In this document: piece by piece, positions 30,886 through 41,868 of the stretch | Layout: each line of letters opens with the position of its first letter | How positions within the stretch are numbered: position 1 is the stretch's first letter | Origin: Longimicrobiales bacterium | GTDB taxonomy: Bacteria > Gemmatimonadota > Gemmatimonadetes > Longimicrobiales > Gaopeijiaceae | Length of the DNA: 64,000 bases | Direction of reading: 5' to 3' | Assembly: GCA_965248195.1 (NCBI GenBank) | Contig: CBDFIQ010000002.1 | Span: 2,336,001-2,400,000, forward strand | Notes under the pieces: generated by a model | What the model was told of the DNA's origin: nothing | Databases searched by the model: none | What the model saw: only the letters and a program-made list of their open reading frames with translations | Translations under genes and position numbers: made by a program

Positions 30886-32249
30886 CAAGGCAGCGGAGCC
30901 TCGGCGCGGACAGACGCTTCCACCGGCGCCTCCCTCGCGCCTTCGATCCCACTCGCCTGCATCCACGCCCTGAAATCCGTCTCGGCGCGCTCCGCCAGCA
31001 TCTCCCTCTTCCGAACTTTGTCCTTCACGCGTCGGTTGAGCGGGTCAACGAGCCCCCAGTTCGAGTTCATGGGCTGGAAGCGGTCGGCCGCGCTCTCCCT
31101 CAGGTACCGGAACAGCCCGCCCAGCATCGTCGTGGGTGGAGGCACCACCGGCGCCTCTTCCTTCAGCACGCGCCCCAAGTTGATGCCTGCCAGAATCCCA
31201 CTGGCCGCCGACTCGGTGTACCCTTCCACCCCGGTGAGCTGGCCGGCGAAAATCAGGTCCGGCCGGTCCTTGAGCGAACCGTGAGGGGTCAGACAGGCCG
31301 GGAAATTGAGGTAGGCGTTGCGGTGGATGGAGCCCCACCGAAGGAACTCGCATTGCTCGAGGCCGGGAATCAACCGGAAAACACTCTTCTGCTCTCCAAC
31401 GCGCAGCCGCGTCTGGAATCCGACGAGATTCCACATTTGCCCAGCGCGATCCTCCCGCCTGAGCTGCACGACCGCATGGGGCCGCTCCCCGCTCCGCGGG
31501 TCGGTGAGCCCGATGGGCTTCATGGGCCCGAAACGCGGCGTGTCCTTCCCTCTTGACGCCATGACCTCGATCGGGAGGCAGCCCTCGAAATACGGGACCG
31601 CGTCCCAGTCGGGGCCTTCGTGCACGTCCCCCTCGAGGAGAGCCTCGATGAAGGCGATGTATTCCCCGTGGTTCATCGGGCAGTTGAGGTAGTCACTGTC
31701 CTCCTCGAAGCGGCCGGCCTCGAACACCACGCTCTCATCCAGAGAGTCACGATGTACGATCGGCGCGATGGCGTCGTAGAACGCAAGCCCGTCGTTACCC
31801 AGAGCACCCTGGATGGCAGAACTCAGCGCGTCAGACGTCAGCGGGCCTGTCGCCACGACGGCCGGGCCCTCGGGAAGCGCCTCGCTCTCTTCCCGTGCGA
31901 CCTCGATACTGGGGTGAGAAACGATCGCACGGGTCATTGCTGCGGAAAAAAGCTGCCGGTCGACCGCCAACGCCGAACCGGCGGGCACACACGTCTCATC
32001 GGCGCAGGTGAGAAGAATGGAGCCGAGGGCCCTCATTTCTCTCTTGAGCTGGCCGTGCGCGTTGTTGGGATGGATGCTCTTGAACGAGTTCGTGCAGACC
32101 AATTCGCCCAGGTTTTCGCTCTGGTGTGCCTCGGTGCGGCGCCCGGGGCGCATTTCCAGCAAGGCGACACCGTGCCCGGCGTTCGCGAGTTGGAGTGCGG
32201 CCTCGCATCCCGCTAGGCCACCCCCGACCACGATGACGCGATCGCTCAT
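30885..32249 (-). CDS. trmFO: Folate-dependent tRNA m5U54 methyltransferase
   Basis: GGGLAGCEAA, ELVCTNS, FEGCLPIE, AGQLTGVEGY, FQPMN. Confidence 0.97.
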   Translation of the reverse strand: MSDRVIVVGGGLAGCEAALQLANAGHGVALLEMRPGRRTEAHQSENLGELVCTNSFKSIHPNNAHGQLKREMRALGSILLTCADETCVPAGSALAVDRQLFSAAMTRAIVSHPSIEVAREESEALPEGPAVVATGPLTSDALSSAIQGALGNDGLAFYDAIAPIVHRDSLDESVVFEAGRFEEDSDYLNCPMNHGEYIAFIEALLEGDVHEGPDWDAVPYFEGCLPIEVMASRGKDTPRFGPMKPIGLTDPRSGERPHAVVQLRREDRAGQMWNLVGFQTRLRVGEQKSVFRLIPGLEQCEFLRWGSIHRNAYLNFPACLTPHGSLKDRPDLIFAGQLTGVEGYTESAASGILAGINLGRVLKEEAPVVPPPTTMLGGLFRYLRESAADRFQPMNSNWGLVDPLNRRVKDKVRKREMLAERAETDFRAWMQASGIEGAREAPVEASVRAEAPLP

Positions 32250-32289
32250 CGGCTCATTCTTCCGCGCCCCCCCACGCTGGGAGTCGGCC

Positions 32290-34746
32290 CTACTTCCGTG
32301 TCCGACGCTTGCCCCATCCCGACTTCTTCCGCTTAGCGGCCTCGGCAATCATCGACACGGCCTCCCCCATGGTGAGGTCGTCTGGCTCCATACCCTTGGG
32401 CAGACTCGCGTTTGCCGTACCATCGGTCACATACGGGCCATAGCGGCCGGAGAGGATCTGGACGTCTTCCCCTGTGTCCGGGTGGGCGCCTAGCGCCTTC
32501 AGAACCGTTCTCCCCGCCTTCTTCTGGTTGAGAAGGGTGACGGCCTCGTTGATGGTAACCGTAAACATTTGGTCTTCATTCGCCAAGCTCGCGAATTTCT
32601 TACCTCGCCGCACGAAGGGCCCATAGCGGCCCAATCCAGCCACGACTTCCTCGCCGGTCTCCGGATCGGTCCCCACCGTTCTTGGCAACGAGAGCAGGCG
32701 CAACGCATGGCCGAGGTCCACGGACTCCGGCTCCGTACCCTTGGGCAGGCTGGCCCGCTTAGGCTTCGTATCATCCTTTGCCTCGCCGAGCTGCACGTAG
32801 GGTCCGTACGGCCCCACCTTCGCGTAGACGGTCAGGCCAGTCACCTCGTCGACGCCGACCTCGTGATCCTCGGATTCGCCGTCGATCGGCCGGGTCCCCC
32901 TGCAATCGGGATAGGCAGAGCAGCCCAGGAACCGGCCGAAGCGATTCCACCGCACCTGCATCGGCTCACCGCACACGTCACACGTCTCACCCTCGGCGGC
33001 CAGGATTTCCTTGATGATTTCCTCGGACAACGCCTCGCCCCGGTCGAGCTGGATCTGAAACGGCGGATAGAAATCCCCGAGGAGCGCCTGCCACTGGATT
33101 TCGCCATCCTCCACCCGATCCAGTTCACTCTCCATCCGGCTCGTGAACTCGACGTCGAAAATGTCGGGGAATACCCGGACCAGTAGCTTGGATACCGTGT
33201 CGCCGAGCGTCGTCGGCTGAAATCGGCGCTCCTCGTAATCGACGTATCCCCGGTCCTGAATCGTCGAGATGATCTGCGCGTAGGTAGAGGGACGGCCAAT
33301 TCCCAAGGCCTCGAGCTCCTTGACGAGCGAGGCCTCACTGAAGCGCGGAGGTGGCTGTGTGAAGTGCTGGGCCGAGTCGATGCCCTTCACAAGCGCAGAG
33401 TCACCCACGTCTATATCCGGGAGTGCCGCCAGGTCATCGATAGGACGGCGGTCACCCGCCTCGGTAGCCTCCACGTAGAGTCGGGTGAATCCCTGAAACC
33501 TCAGGATCGACCCTGTAGATCGGAACTGATATTCGCCACCCTCGGCCTTCAGATCAAAGTCAATCGTGGTCGTGTCATACAGGGCCGGCGCCATCTGGCC
33601 GGCGACGAAGCGAAGCCAAATGAGCTCGTAAAGACGCCCCGTGTCGTCCTCGAGGAACGGACGCACCTCATCGGGATGGAGGCCCGGGTCGGTCGGCCGA
33701 ATCGCCTCGTGGGCATCCTGTGCCGCTTTCTGTTGCTTTCCACCCCAGAGCCGGGGTGACGAAGCGAGATAGTCCTCACCGAACTCCCCACTGACCCAAT
33801 TTCGGGCGGCCTCTACCGCACCCGGGGCGACCCGAGTGGAGTCGGTCCGCATATAGGTAATGAGCCCGACGGCGCCACGCCCGCCCAGTTCGATTCCCTC
33901 ATACAACCGTTGTGCCGTAGACATCGTTCGCCGGGCGGAGAAACGGAGCCTTTTGGACGCAGCCTGCTGAAGCGTAGAGGTCGTAAACGGCGCTGCCGGG
34001 TTTCTTCGCCGCTCGCGGCGCCTCACCTCTCCAGCCGTAAAGTCGAGGTTCTGGACCGCCACCACGACGGCTTGGGCTTGTTCCTCATTCTCCAGCGTGA
34101 ACGCCTTCCCGTCGATCTTGTGGAGCCGCGCGTCGAACGGGTGCTCTTCCTTTTCGAGCCGAGCCGTAATGGACCAATACTCGACCGAATCGAAGGCCTG
34201 GATCTCGTCCTCGCGCTCACAGATCAGTCGGAGCGCCACCGTCTGTACGCGGCCGGCCGAGAGTCCGGGCCTGATCGGCTTCCATAGGAAAGGACTCACC
34301 TGATATCCAACCAACCGGTCCAGGATTCTGCGGGCCTGTTGCGCTTCTACTTTGTTGAGATCCAGGGACTCGGGGGATTGAAGAGCCCTTTCCACGGCAT
34401 CCTTGGTGATTTCGCGAAAGGTTACCCGCTCGAAGCGGCTCCCGTCGTCCTCGAAGCCGAGGTAGTGAGCGACGTGGTAGGCGATCGCCTCCCCCTCCCG
34501 GTCCGGGTCGGTCGCGAGGATGATGCTCTCGGCCTTCTTTGCCTTGCTCTTGAGCTCCTTGAGGATCTTGCCCTTCCCGCGGATCGTCTCGTACTTGGGC
34601 TCAAAGCTATTCTCGACGTCGACCCCCAGCTCCTTCTTCGGCAGATCTCGAACATGCCCGACTGAAGCGGCCACCTCGTAGTCACGGCCCAGATACCGAC
34701 TGATCGTCCTCGCTTTGGCCGGAGATTCGACGATGACCAGCTTCAT
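32290..34746 (-). CDS. topA: DNA topoisomerase I
   Basis: LVIVESPAKA, ATDPDREGE, SAGRVQ, ITYMRTDS, Zn ribbon and C-terminal GRYGP repeats. Confidence 0.98.
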   Translation of the reverse strand: MKLVIVESPAKARTISRYLGRDYEVAASVGHVRDLPKKELGVDVENSFEPKYETIRGKGKILKELKSKAKKAESIILATDPDREGEAIAYHVAHYLGFEDDGSRFERVTFREITKDAVERALQSPESLDLNKVEAQQARRILDRLVGYQVSPFLWKPIRPGLSAGRVQTVALRLICEREDEIQAFDSVEYWSITARLEKEEHPFDARLHKIDGKAFTLENEEQAQAVVVAVQNLDFTAGEVRRRERRRNPAAPFTTSTLQQAASKRLRFSARRTMSTAQRLYEGIELGGRGAVGLITYMRTDSTRVAPGAVEAARNWVSGEFGEDYLASSPRLWGGKQQKAAQDAHEAIRPTDPGLHPDEVRPFLEDDTGRLYELIWLRFVAGQMAPALYDTTTIDFDLKAEGGEYQFRSTGSILRFQGFTRLYVEATEAGDRRPIDDLAALPDIDVGDSALVKGIDSAQHFTQPPPRFSEASLVKELEALGIGRPSTYAQIISTIQDRGYVDYEERRFQPTTLGDTVSKLLVRVFPDIFDVEFTSRMESELDRVEDGEIQWQALLGDFYPPFQIQLDRGEALSEEIIKEILAAEGETCDVCGEPMQVRWNRFGRFLGCSAYPDCRGTRPIDGESEDHEVGVDEVTGLTVYAKVGPYGPYVQLGEAKDDTKPKRASLPKGTEPESVDLGHALRLLSLPRTVGTDPETGEEVVAGLGRYGPFVRRGKKFASLANEDQMFTVTINEAVTLLNQKKAGRTVLKALGAHPDTGEDVQILSGRYGPYVTDGTANASLPKGMEPDDLTMGEAVSMIAEAAKRKKSGWGKRRTRK

Positions 34747-35276
34747 GTTTGCCCTTGTCTTGTCATCAGTTTCATGATCTCATCTGCCAACTCTAGGGGA
34801 CCGTACTGTTCCGAGTCCAGGGTGTACCGAGCTCGACGGTACGAGGCTTCCCGGGCAAGTAATAACGCCGTGGCCCGATCCAACACATCTCCTCCATCCA
34901 GGAGAGGGCGCGTTCCTCCCTCTTCCGATGCTCGGCGTACGGCGACCGTCGGTGATACCTGGAGCCAAACGCTCATCGTATCTGCCGTTACAATCTTCCA
35001 AGATCCCTGCTGCGCAGGCCATCCACCCCCAGACGCCACCACCGTATTTCTCCGGAGCAGCAACTCCTCGGCTACGCCGGATTCGAGACGGCGAAACTCG
35101 GCCTCACCGTCCTCCGAAAAAATCTGAGACACGCTCTTGCCCACGCGCGCTTCTATCGCGGTGTCGAAGTCCTCGAAGTCCCATTCCAATCGTGAAGCCA
35201 ACTCTTTCCCTACGCTGGATTTCCCACTGGCCATGAATCCGACGAGCAAGACCCGTTCCGGCATGTCACCGTTCAC
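34743..35276 (-). CDS. aroK: Shikimate kinase
   Basis: GFMASGKSSVG, GEAEFRRLE, SGGG, TRPLL. Confidence 0.94.
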   Translation of the reverse strand: MNGDMPERVLLVGFMASGKSSVGKELASRLEWDFEDFDTAIEARVGKSVSQIFSEDGEAEFRRLESGVAEELLLRRNTVVASGGGWPAQQGSWKIVTADTMSVWLQVSPTVAVRRASEEGGTRPLLDGGDVLDRATALLLAREASYRRARYTLDSEQYGPLELADEIMKLMTRQGQT

Positions 35277-36474
35277 CGTATCCGCGCTCGCCGAGGTACG
35301 CGACGTACGACTCGAAGTTCCGTCTGACCTCGCTCATCGCGTCCCCACCAAATTTTTCGAGGAATGCGTCCGCCAAGACGAGGGCCACCATGGCCTCGCC
35401 CACCACGGCCGCCGCGGGAACAGCACAAACGTCGCTTCGCTCGACGGCCGCATCCGCGGGCGATCCATCGCGCATGTCAACGCTGGGCAGGCGTTTTCTA
35501 AGTGTGGAGATGGGCTTCATGGCAGCCCGCACGACCAAGGGCTCTCCTGTGGTAACGCCCCCTTCGAGCCCACCCGCCCGGTTCGATGCTCGTCCGATGC
35601 TGCCCGCTCTTCCGGCCGATTCATCGGCCACGATCGGGTCGTGGACTTGAGATCCGGGACGGCGCGCCCCCTCGAAGCCCACGCCGATCTCCACCCCCTT
35701 GATCGCCTGGATCGACATCATGGCACCCGCCAGGCGCCCATCCAGCTTAGTATCGTACGAGACGTAGCTGCCGAGGCCAGCTGGGAGGCCCCACGCGACC
35801 ACCTCGAAGATCCCGCCCAGCGTATCGCCTTCTTCCTTGGCCTGGTCGATTGCGGCGACCATGAGCGAGGCCGCCTCTTCGTCCAGGGTGCGAAGCGGCG
35901 AGGCGTCCACCATGGCGTTCAGATCCTCCGGCAAGTCATCAGGAACCTTCGCCTCTACGGCTCCGATCGACGTGACATGGCTCCCGATCATGATCCCGAA
36001 ATCGGCGAGAAGCTTTTTGCACACAGCCCCACATGCTACGCGGGCGGCGGTCTCCCGGGCGCTGGCCCGCTCCAGGATATCCCGGGTGTCGCGCCGGTCG
36101 TATTTCAGCAATCCCACTAGGTCTGCGTGGCCAGGCCGGGGAAGGTAAAGCGATCGCAAAACCTTGGGATTGCCATCCGGGTCTGGGGGCAGCGGCGACA
36201 TCGCCTCCGTCCAGTTCTCGGCATCCCGGTTCCAGATGACCAGGGCGATCGGAGATCCGAGCGTCTCCCCCAAGCGGACGCCTGAAATCACCTCGGCCCG
36301 GTCGGACTCGATCTTCATGCGCCTGCCGCGCCCGTATCCACCCTGGCGGCGCTTGAGATCGGGATCGACATCGCGGGCCATCTCGAGGGAGAGGCCGGCC
36401 GGAAAACCTTCCAACATCGCCACGAGGCCTGGCCCGTGGGACTCCCCCGCAGTTCGGAACGACAATCGCTTCAT
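35266..36474 (-). CDS. aroC: Chorismate synthase
   Basis: TAGESHG, PRPGHAD, ERASARETA, GGLEGG, MKPISTL, ERSDVC. Confidence 0.97.
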   Translation of the reverse strand: MKRLSFRTAGESHGPGLVAMLEGFPAGLSLEMARDVDPDLKRRQGGYGRGRRMKIESDRAEVISGVRLGETLGSPIALVIWNRDAENWTEAMSPLPPDPDGNPKVLRSLYLPRPGHADLVGLLKYDRRDTRDILERASARETAARVACGAVCKKLLADFGIMIGSHVTSIGAVEAKVPDDLPEDLNAMVDASPLRTLDEEAASLMVAAIDQAKEEGDTLGGIFEVVAWGLPAGLGSYVSYDTKLDGRLAGAMMSIQAIKGVEIGVGFEGARRPGSQVHDPIVADESAGRAGSIGRASNRAGGLEGGVTTGEPLVVRAAMKPISTLRKRLPSVDMRDGSPADAAVERSDVCAVPAAAVVGEAMVALVLADAFLEKFGGDAMSEVRRNFESYVAYLGERGYGER

Positions 36475-36530
36475 CGAGCGTTTCTCTATCCCCAGCGTGA
36501 ACCATTGTGAACGGAACGGCCCGAAACCAT

Positions 36531-36570
36531 AAAAGGGAACCCCGGCGGGCGTCTACCCACCGGGGTTCTC
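36531..36570 (-). terminator. Probable intrinsic terminator after the pil operon
   Basis: GAACCCCGG...CCGGGGTTC hairpin followed by TTTT on the minus strand. Confidence 0.7.
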
Positions 36571-36592
36571 GTTTCCACGGAGGGCACTCGAT

Positions 36593-39388
36593 CTAGGGGG
36601 CGCGGGACGGATGGAACCGGAGCACGTCGGCCTTGGTGACGTTGACCACTACCACACCACCAGTGTCGGATATGCCAAAGAGCTTCACGACCACACAGGA
36701 GTCCTCCGTGGGCCCACCGGCTGCAGGGTGGGGATCGTTAAAGTTGTTGTTGTTGAAGATCTCGATGGCATTGCCGATCATGGTCCCGTCACGATCGGTG
36801 ACCGCAACCGTCCCGCAGGTTAAGCCTGCGTTATCCGCCGGGAACGGAAGCACCGCACGGAGCGGCCCGCTGATCACGTCTCTGATTGGAATCCTGCCCA
36901 TCGGGAAGAAGTGGAACGTGTCGTACACGTCGATGCTGTTCGCGCCCGAGCCGACAAAGACCATATGAGTATTGGGCTGGAACGTCCCGGCAGGATTATC
37001 CAAGGCCACGGCATTGGCGTGTAAGGGGTGCATCACGGCGCCGCTGCCGCCGGGCGCGAGGGCCTTACTCCCCTGCAAACGGAGATCCATCGTAAAGAAG
37101 TAGGCCGTGTTCCCCCTGGCCACACCGAGACTCGCGTCGAAGTTGAGACCGAGACCGGTAACGAAGTCGTCTTTGTTGATGCCCAGGTCTTCGGTTTGCA
37201 AACCGGCGGTAATGGTATCGCCGACCGCCTGATAGACCATGATGCGACGGCCGTCCTGAACCGCATTGCCCTCACCGAAGGCCACGGCTCTCCCATCGCC
37301 CGAAACGGCGACAAACGTCGTATCGGTGAGCCCCAAATCATCCGCGTTGAACGGCTTCCCCCAAAGGGCCATATCGGACCCCTTGGCGAGGAAGTTCAGG
37401 TAATGGACGGGGTCGAGGAAGTCGGTGTCGACCCTCTCCGTGATGCCGGCACTCAGGTCGCCAGGTAAGTGATCGAACATGTCGAAGATCGGGTTCCGAC
37501 CTAAATCAGCATGATCGATGTTGAGGATGCCCCACGCGTTATCCTCGCCTGCACCGGGGATTTGCAACCCGTGGAACTGGACCTCAGTGTTTGGATTCGG
37601 GACGGCGACGGTGGGAGCCGGCACGAAAGCGCGCCGGATGGTCCCTCTCTCGCTCGCCACCTCGGTCGGCCATGTCGAAAAATGGATTTGGCGGTTTTGA
37701 TCCATCACCAGGAACTGAGGCCGGTCGGAGAAGACGTTCAGAGCCTCCACATTCCATATCGTCCCCACGTCCGAAATTTCCAGCCTCACATTGAACACGA
37801 CATTATCGGGGGTCAAGATCCGGCTGCCGGGAACCTCTGAGCCGGACGCCGACCCATCGAGTAGATCGAGGTACACACTGGTGATGTTCGTGCCGCCAGA
37901 GTTAGCCACCAGTAAGGTATCTCCACAGCCGACCGCGGCGGTCCCGTAGCAATTGTTGAGGGCGAGCCCCCAGGGTTGAGAGCCGACTGCGACGGGAGGC
38001 AGGAAGACCTCTTGCTCCAACCGGAACACCTCGACCCGGTTGAGATCGAAATTGGACAGATATAGGTTCCGCCGGACCGGGTCGATCACACCGTCCAGGA
38101 TCTTTCCGCCCGCCGGCAGCCGCACCGTGCGTCCGTCCACAATCACCAGCGTCAGCCGGTCGCCCGTGCGACCCTCAGCCACGGTAAAGCCGTTTAGTGT
38201 ACCGCATGGGTATGACACGAAGGCAGGCTCACCCACGGAGGCACCACAGTTGCCGGCGACCGACTCGTCCACGGCGTACGCGAACACCTCATAGACCATG
38301 GTATCCGGAAGAGCCAGGAGATCGGCGTTGAACACTTGAAAGTCGAACGTCTGAGTCACAGCCCCTGTGCGGGGGGTGGCAAAAACTACCTCGTCGGAGA
38401 CGAACAACGTATCGCCTCGCCTCGGCGAAATCCCCAGAACAGTGTACCCCATTCGGGCAACACCGCCTCCCAGGGCGTCATCCTGCGACGTGACCTCCAC
38501 ACTGACGACATCCCGGAACTCTGAGCGCGCCGACGAAATGGTCGTGAACGTCACCCCGGGCGGGATCGCATCTCCGCCACCCACAACCGAAGTTACGTTC
38601 AGTATGATAGGCGCTCCGCGTCCGACCACGTCGACCGTGTTCCAGGCCTGCGCTGATATCGTCAGCGTACCGTCGACCCCGCCAGGGATGTCGACGATGG
38701 TGTCCACAACCAGCGAATCCAGCGCGGGTGATATCGTCTTCGTGATGACAGTGTCCACCACTCCCGACACCGTGATCGAGACGGTACGAACCCCGATGGG
38801 GTCCTGCGCCTGAACTCTGAGTCCAAGGACGCGGCCGCTCTGGATCACCTCTCCACCGGCGAAATTCAGAATCTGAACCGACGGGCCGCCAAGAAAGATC
38901 TGCACCGTATCGGCTGTGAAGTTTTGTTCGGCGTCAAACGCCGTCACGATGACGGCAACGACCTCCAGGGTCCCGTCGGTAAACGGCTGCAAAAAACGGG
39001 TCACGATCGTATCAGAAACCGGATCAAGAAAATCCACAGTCTTCGACTCGAAACGGGGCACCGCCACGTCCGTGCCGAGGCTGGCATCGCCCCGAAGCGC
39101 CAGGCCCTCGAAGACCACTCTGGTGATTCCACCGACGTCGGAGACATCGACCATCACGCGCACAGAATCCTGCAGAGGCTTGGCGGTTACTTGGCCTGGG
39201 GGTGGATCCAGGATCATGACAGAAGGAATTTCCCCATCCTGCACGGAGCCACCGGCGCCCGTGAAGTCGACGAAAAGATTGTCGCCCTGGCACGCAGCGA
39301 AAAGAATGCCCGCCAAGAGTCCCCCGGCCAATCTTTTTAAGGGGCTCCTGCGCGTATCGTGCTTATGAGTTCGTTGACGCTGCATCAT
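36593..39388 (-). CDS. Large lipoprotein with Ig-like repeats and a C-terminal beta-propeller-like region; possible pilus-associated adhesin
   Basis: AAGGGAG RBS, LFAAC lipobox, repeated V..SD..G....V beta-sandwich patterns, LYLSNFDLNRVEVF / VGSQPWGLAL / LLVANSGG. Confidence 0.75.
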   Translation of the reverse strand: MMQRQRTHKHDTRRSPLKRLAGGLLAGILFAACQGDNLFVDFTGAGGSVQDGEIPSVMILDPPPGQVTAKPLQDSVRVMVDVSDVGGITRVVFEGLALRGDASLGTDVAVPRFESKTVDFLDPVSDTIVTRFLQPFTDGTLEVVAVIVTAFDAEQNFTADTVQIFLGGPSVQILNFAGGEVIQSGRVLGLRVQAQDPIGVRTVSITVSGVVDTVITKTISPALDSLVVDTIVDIPGGVDGTLTISAQAWNTVDVVGRGAPIILNVTSVVGGGDAIPPGVTFTTISSARSEFRDVVSVEVTSQDDALGGGVARMGYTVLGISPRRGDTLFVSDEVVFATPRTGAVTQTFDFQVFNADLLALPDTMVYEVFAYAVDESVAGNCGASVGEPAFVSYPCGTLNGFTVAEGRTGDRLTLVIVDGRTVRLPAGGKILDGVIDPVRRNLYLSNFDLNRVEVFRLEQEVFLPPVAVGSQPWGLALNNCYGTAAVGCGDTLLVANSGGTNITSVYLDLLDGSASGSEVPGSRILTPDNVVFNVRLEISDVGTIWNVEALNVFSDRPQFLVMDQNRQIHFSTWPTEVASERGTIRRAFVPAPTVAVPNPNTEVQFHGLQIPGAGEDNAWGILNIDHADLGRNPIFDMFDHLPGDLSAGITERVDTDFLDPVHYLNFLAKGSDMALWGKPFNADDLGLTDTTFVAVSGDGRAVAFGEGNAVQDGRRIMVYQAVGDTITAGLQTEDLGINKDDFVTGLGLNFDASLGVARGNTAYFFTMDLRLQGSKALAPGGSGAVMHPLHANAVALDNPAGTFQPNTHMVFVGSGANSIDVYDTFHFFPMGRIPIRDVISGPLRAVLPFPADNAGLTCGTVAVTDRDGTMIGNAIEIFNNNNFNDPHPAAGGPTEDSCVVVKLFGISDTGGVVVVNVTKADVLRFHPSRAP

Positions 39389-39625
39389 ATCTCCCTTGCG
39401 TACCGGCTTTTCCATCTCACTAGGCCCTTCTGCGGGCTTCCATGTGCCGGGTCTGAACCCCATGCGTGCGAGATCCGTGCCAGCGGTGGAACAGCCTTCT
39501 CCAGCAAAGTCACACCGCCGCATGGACCGTCACCGGGACACACTTTCCTCTTCACCGGTAAAGTTTATTCAGTCAGACCGCAGCGAAGTCGCCGACTCGT
39601 GTCTCATTCGGCGTGCCGACGTCGC

Positions 39626-41368
39626 CTAGAAATCTTGCCGCACGATGTTCGGGGTCACGAGAATCAGCAGATCCCGCTGGATGTCCGACACCGAGGTCGT
39701 GCGAAAGAGGCCGCCAAGGAGCGGCAGGTCCATCAAGAGCGGGATCCCAGACCGGACCTCGGAGTGCTCCGTCACGGTCAATTGTCCCCCCACCACGGTC
39801 TCGCCGTCACGCACGAGAATGCGCGTGTCGATATTCTGTGTCCGGAAAATCAGCCCAATATCCGTCGCCGCGAGGTCGGCCGCCGAGCGCTCGGCGTGGA
39901 GCGTGAGAAGAACGTGGTCTCCGTCCGTAATATGCGGCGTCACCTCGAGAATGATTCCAGTTTCCTCGAGTTGTACGGTCGCCGTCGGGAAGCCCTGGTC
40001 CCCACCCCCACCTCCCGCGGCCGCATCGATGATGCGGATCGGTGTCCGCTCCCCGACCTGGAGGCGCGCCGGCTGGTTGTCCGCCACCGTGACGGCCGGA
40101 GCCGCTTGGATGTCCGAGAGATTTGAGGACTCGAGCGCTGTGATGAAGTTCAACAGGGTGTGGCGGCCCACTACGAGTGAGGTCAACATACGCAACGTCG
40201 GGACGGCGATATTGAAATCGGCGTTTCCGAGTGCAGCGATCGAATTTCCTCCCAGCGAGAACACGTTCGTACCGATTGACACGTCTTCGATGACCCCATC
40301 GCCATCGAGATCCGCGGCACCGGGAGCGGTCTGATTGAGCTGGTTCCCCTGAGAGTCCTTCAGATCGTAGGTGACACCAAAGTCCGACAGCTCCGTCCGG
40401 TTCACGAAGATGATCTTCGCAGAAATCATGATCTGCGGGGTCGCAACGTCCAACTCGCCGATTAGCGCGCTGATCGCGTCATGAACGCGCCGAATATCGG
40501 TCACGATGACCGTGTTGGCACTCAGGGCCTCCGCTACCTGTCCGCGGGCGCTGATGAGCTGCCCGATGGCGACGGCCATCTCTGCGGATGTCCCATAGTT
40601 GATCCGGTACGGCACCGTCACCAGCGGCTCGATGGCCTCACGGTCGTTGATGTTCTGGATCGCGTCGACCCGAATGATGCCTGTCTCACTTTCGACGGCG
40701 ACCAGAGCCCGGCTCTGAAGAATTTCCTCGAGGGCGTCGTCCCACGCCTGATCGCGAATGTCGGCGGTGACCACGATGCCCGCCACGTCACTACCGGAGA
40801 CGATGGACTTATCCGAGAATTCAGCGAACGTGAACAGCACGTCTTCGATGGGCGTGTTGTCGAACGAGACGGAGATTCGGCGTTCAGCTTCCTGGGCTTG
40901 TAGAAAAGCCCCGGTGAACGGGGCTGCAGCCCCGACAAATGGAGCGGCGGTCGCAACGAAGGCCGGATCGAACGTCAAGGACGGGCTCTCCCACGGTTCG
41001 AAATCTTCAGCAAGGTTGTCCAACGAAATACGAACCGCTCCGCCCGAGGCCTCGACCGTGTATTCCGTCATCCCCGCGAGGTCCACCACAACCCGGACAA
41101 TATCTTCCGAATACTGGCTGGTGCGGACGGACAAGACCCCGCCGCGGTTGATATCCAGGAAGTCTTCCCGGGAGAGCGCGTGCCTCGCATTCATGAGGTC
41201 GACGACGATACGCGCCGGCGCCTCCAGGCTGAACGCTCTATGGGAGACCAACCCGTCCACCGAGACGAGAATTTCCGTCCGGTTCCTGTTCGGGACGACG
41301 CTTATCCCTGTAACCCACTCTGTGGCCGGCAGGAGCAGGCTGATCAATAACGTGAGGATCAAAGTCAT
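39626..41368 (-). CDS. pilQ: Type IV pilus secretin with AMIN domain
   Basis: APARIVVDL..VRVVVDL AMIN domain, PQIMISAKI, TGIILEVTP, GIPLLMDLPLLGGLFR, LLILVTPNIV. Confidence 0.93.
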   Translation of the reverse strand: MTLILTLLISLLLPATEWVTGISVVPNRNRTEILVSVDGLVSHRAFSLEAPARIVVDLMNARHALSREDFLDINRGGVLSVRTSQYSEDIVRVVVDLAGMTEYTVEASGGAVRISLDNLAEDFEPWESPSLTFDPAFVATAAPFVGAAAPFTGAFLQAQEAERRISVSFDNTPIEDVLFTFAEFSDKSIVSGSDVAGIVVTADIRDQAWDDALEEILQSRALVAVESETGIIRVDAIQNINDREAIEPLVTVPYRINYGTSAEMAVAIGQLISARGQVAEALSANTVIVTDIRRVHDAISALIGELDVATPQIMISAKIIFVNRTELSDFGVTYDLKDSQGNQLNQTAPGAADLDGDGVIEDVSIGTNVFSLGGNSIAALGNADFNIAVPTLRMLTSLVVGRHTLLNFITALESSNLSDIQAAPAVTVADNQPARLQVGERTPIRIIDAAAGGGGGDQGFPTATVQLEETGIILEVTPHITDGDHVLLTLHAERSAADLAATDIGLIFRTQNIDTRILVRDGETVVGGQLTVTEHSEVRSGIPLLMDLPLLGGLFRTTSVSDIQRDLLILVTPNIVRQDF

Positions 41369-41868
41369 TTAGGGCCTCCCTGGCCCGAAGTCCCTCGTGG
41401 CAAAAGCATGGTTCTAGTTTCCGCGATACCGAATTCCACTAACTCTATCGTCACTTGTAGGCGCTCGATTGAAAGAACGGTCAGGTTTCCCAGTGTGGCT
41501 CCCTCTCTCACCCGGTAGGTGCCTCCGGTTATGTCCACCGTAACCGTCTCCGGAGCATCCCTATCCCCGGGAGTAACTGTTCTTGTACCCTCACCAAACA
41601 GGGCAATCCTCTCACCGGCGAACTGTGAGTAAATAATCCCGAGGAGCAACAGACTCTCGAAGCGTGGCCCGCCGCCCTCAGCTGCCAGTAGGGTCTGGAA
41701 CGGGTTTCGACGCGAGTATTGAGGATACGTGAACACCTCGCGCTCGAAGGCCAACGCCAAACTGTCTCCCGGCTGCTGCGTTGGGGTGTCCTGGCCCACC
41801 AAGGCGCCCGGAACGAGCCAACCTGCTACGAGCACGAACAGACATGCGTAGACGACCCTGATGCTCAT
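41365..41868 (-). CDS. pilP: PilP-like protein
   Basis: Position between pilO and pilQ; signal peptide; RRNPF and L.LLGIIY motifs. Confidence 0.65.
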   Translation of the reverse strand: MSIRVVYACLFVLVAGWLVPGALVGQDTPTQQPGDSLALAFEREVFTYPQYSRRNPFQTLLAAEGGGPRFESLLLLGIIYSQFAGERIALFGEGTRTVTPGDRDAPETVTVDITGGTYRVREGATLGNLTVLSIERLQVTIELVEFGIAETRTMLLPRGTSGQGGPK

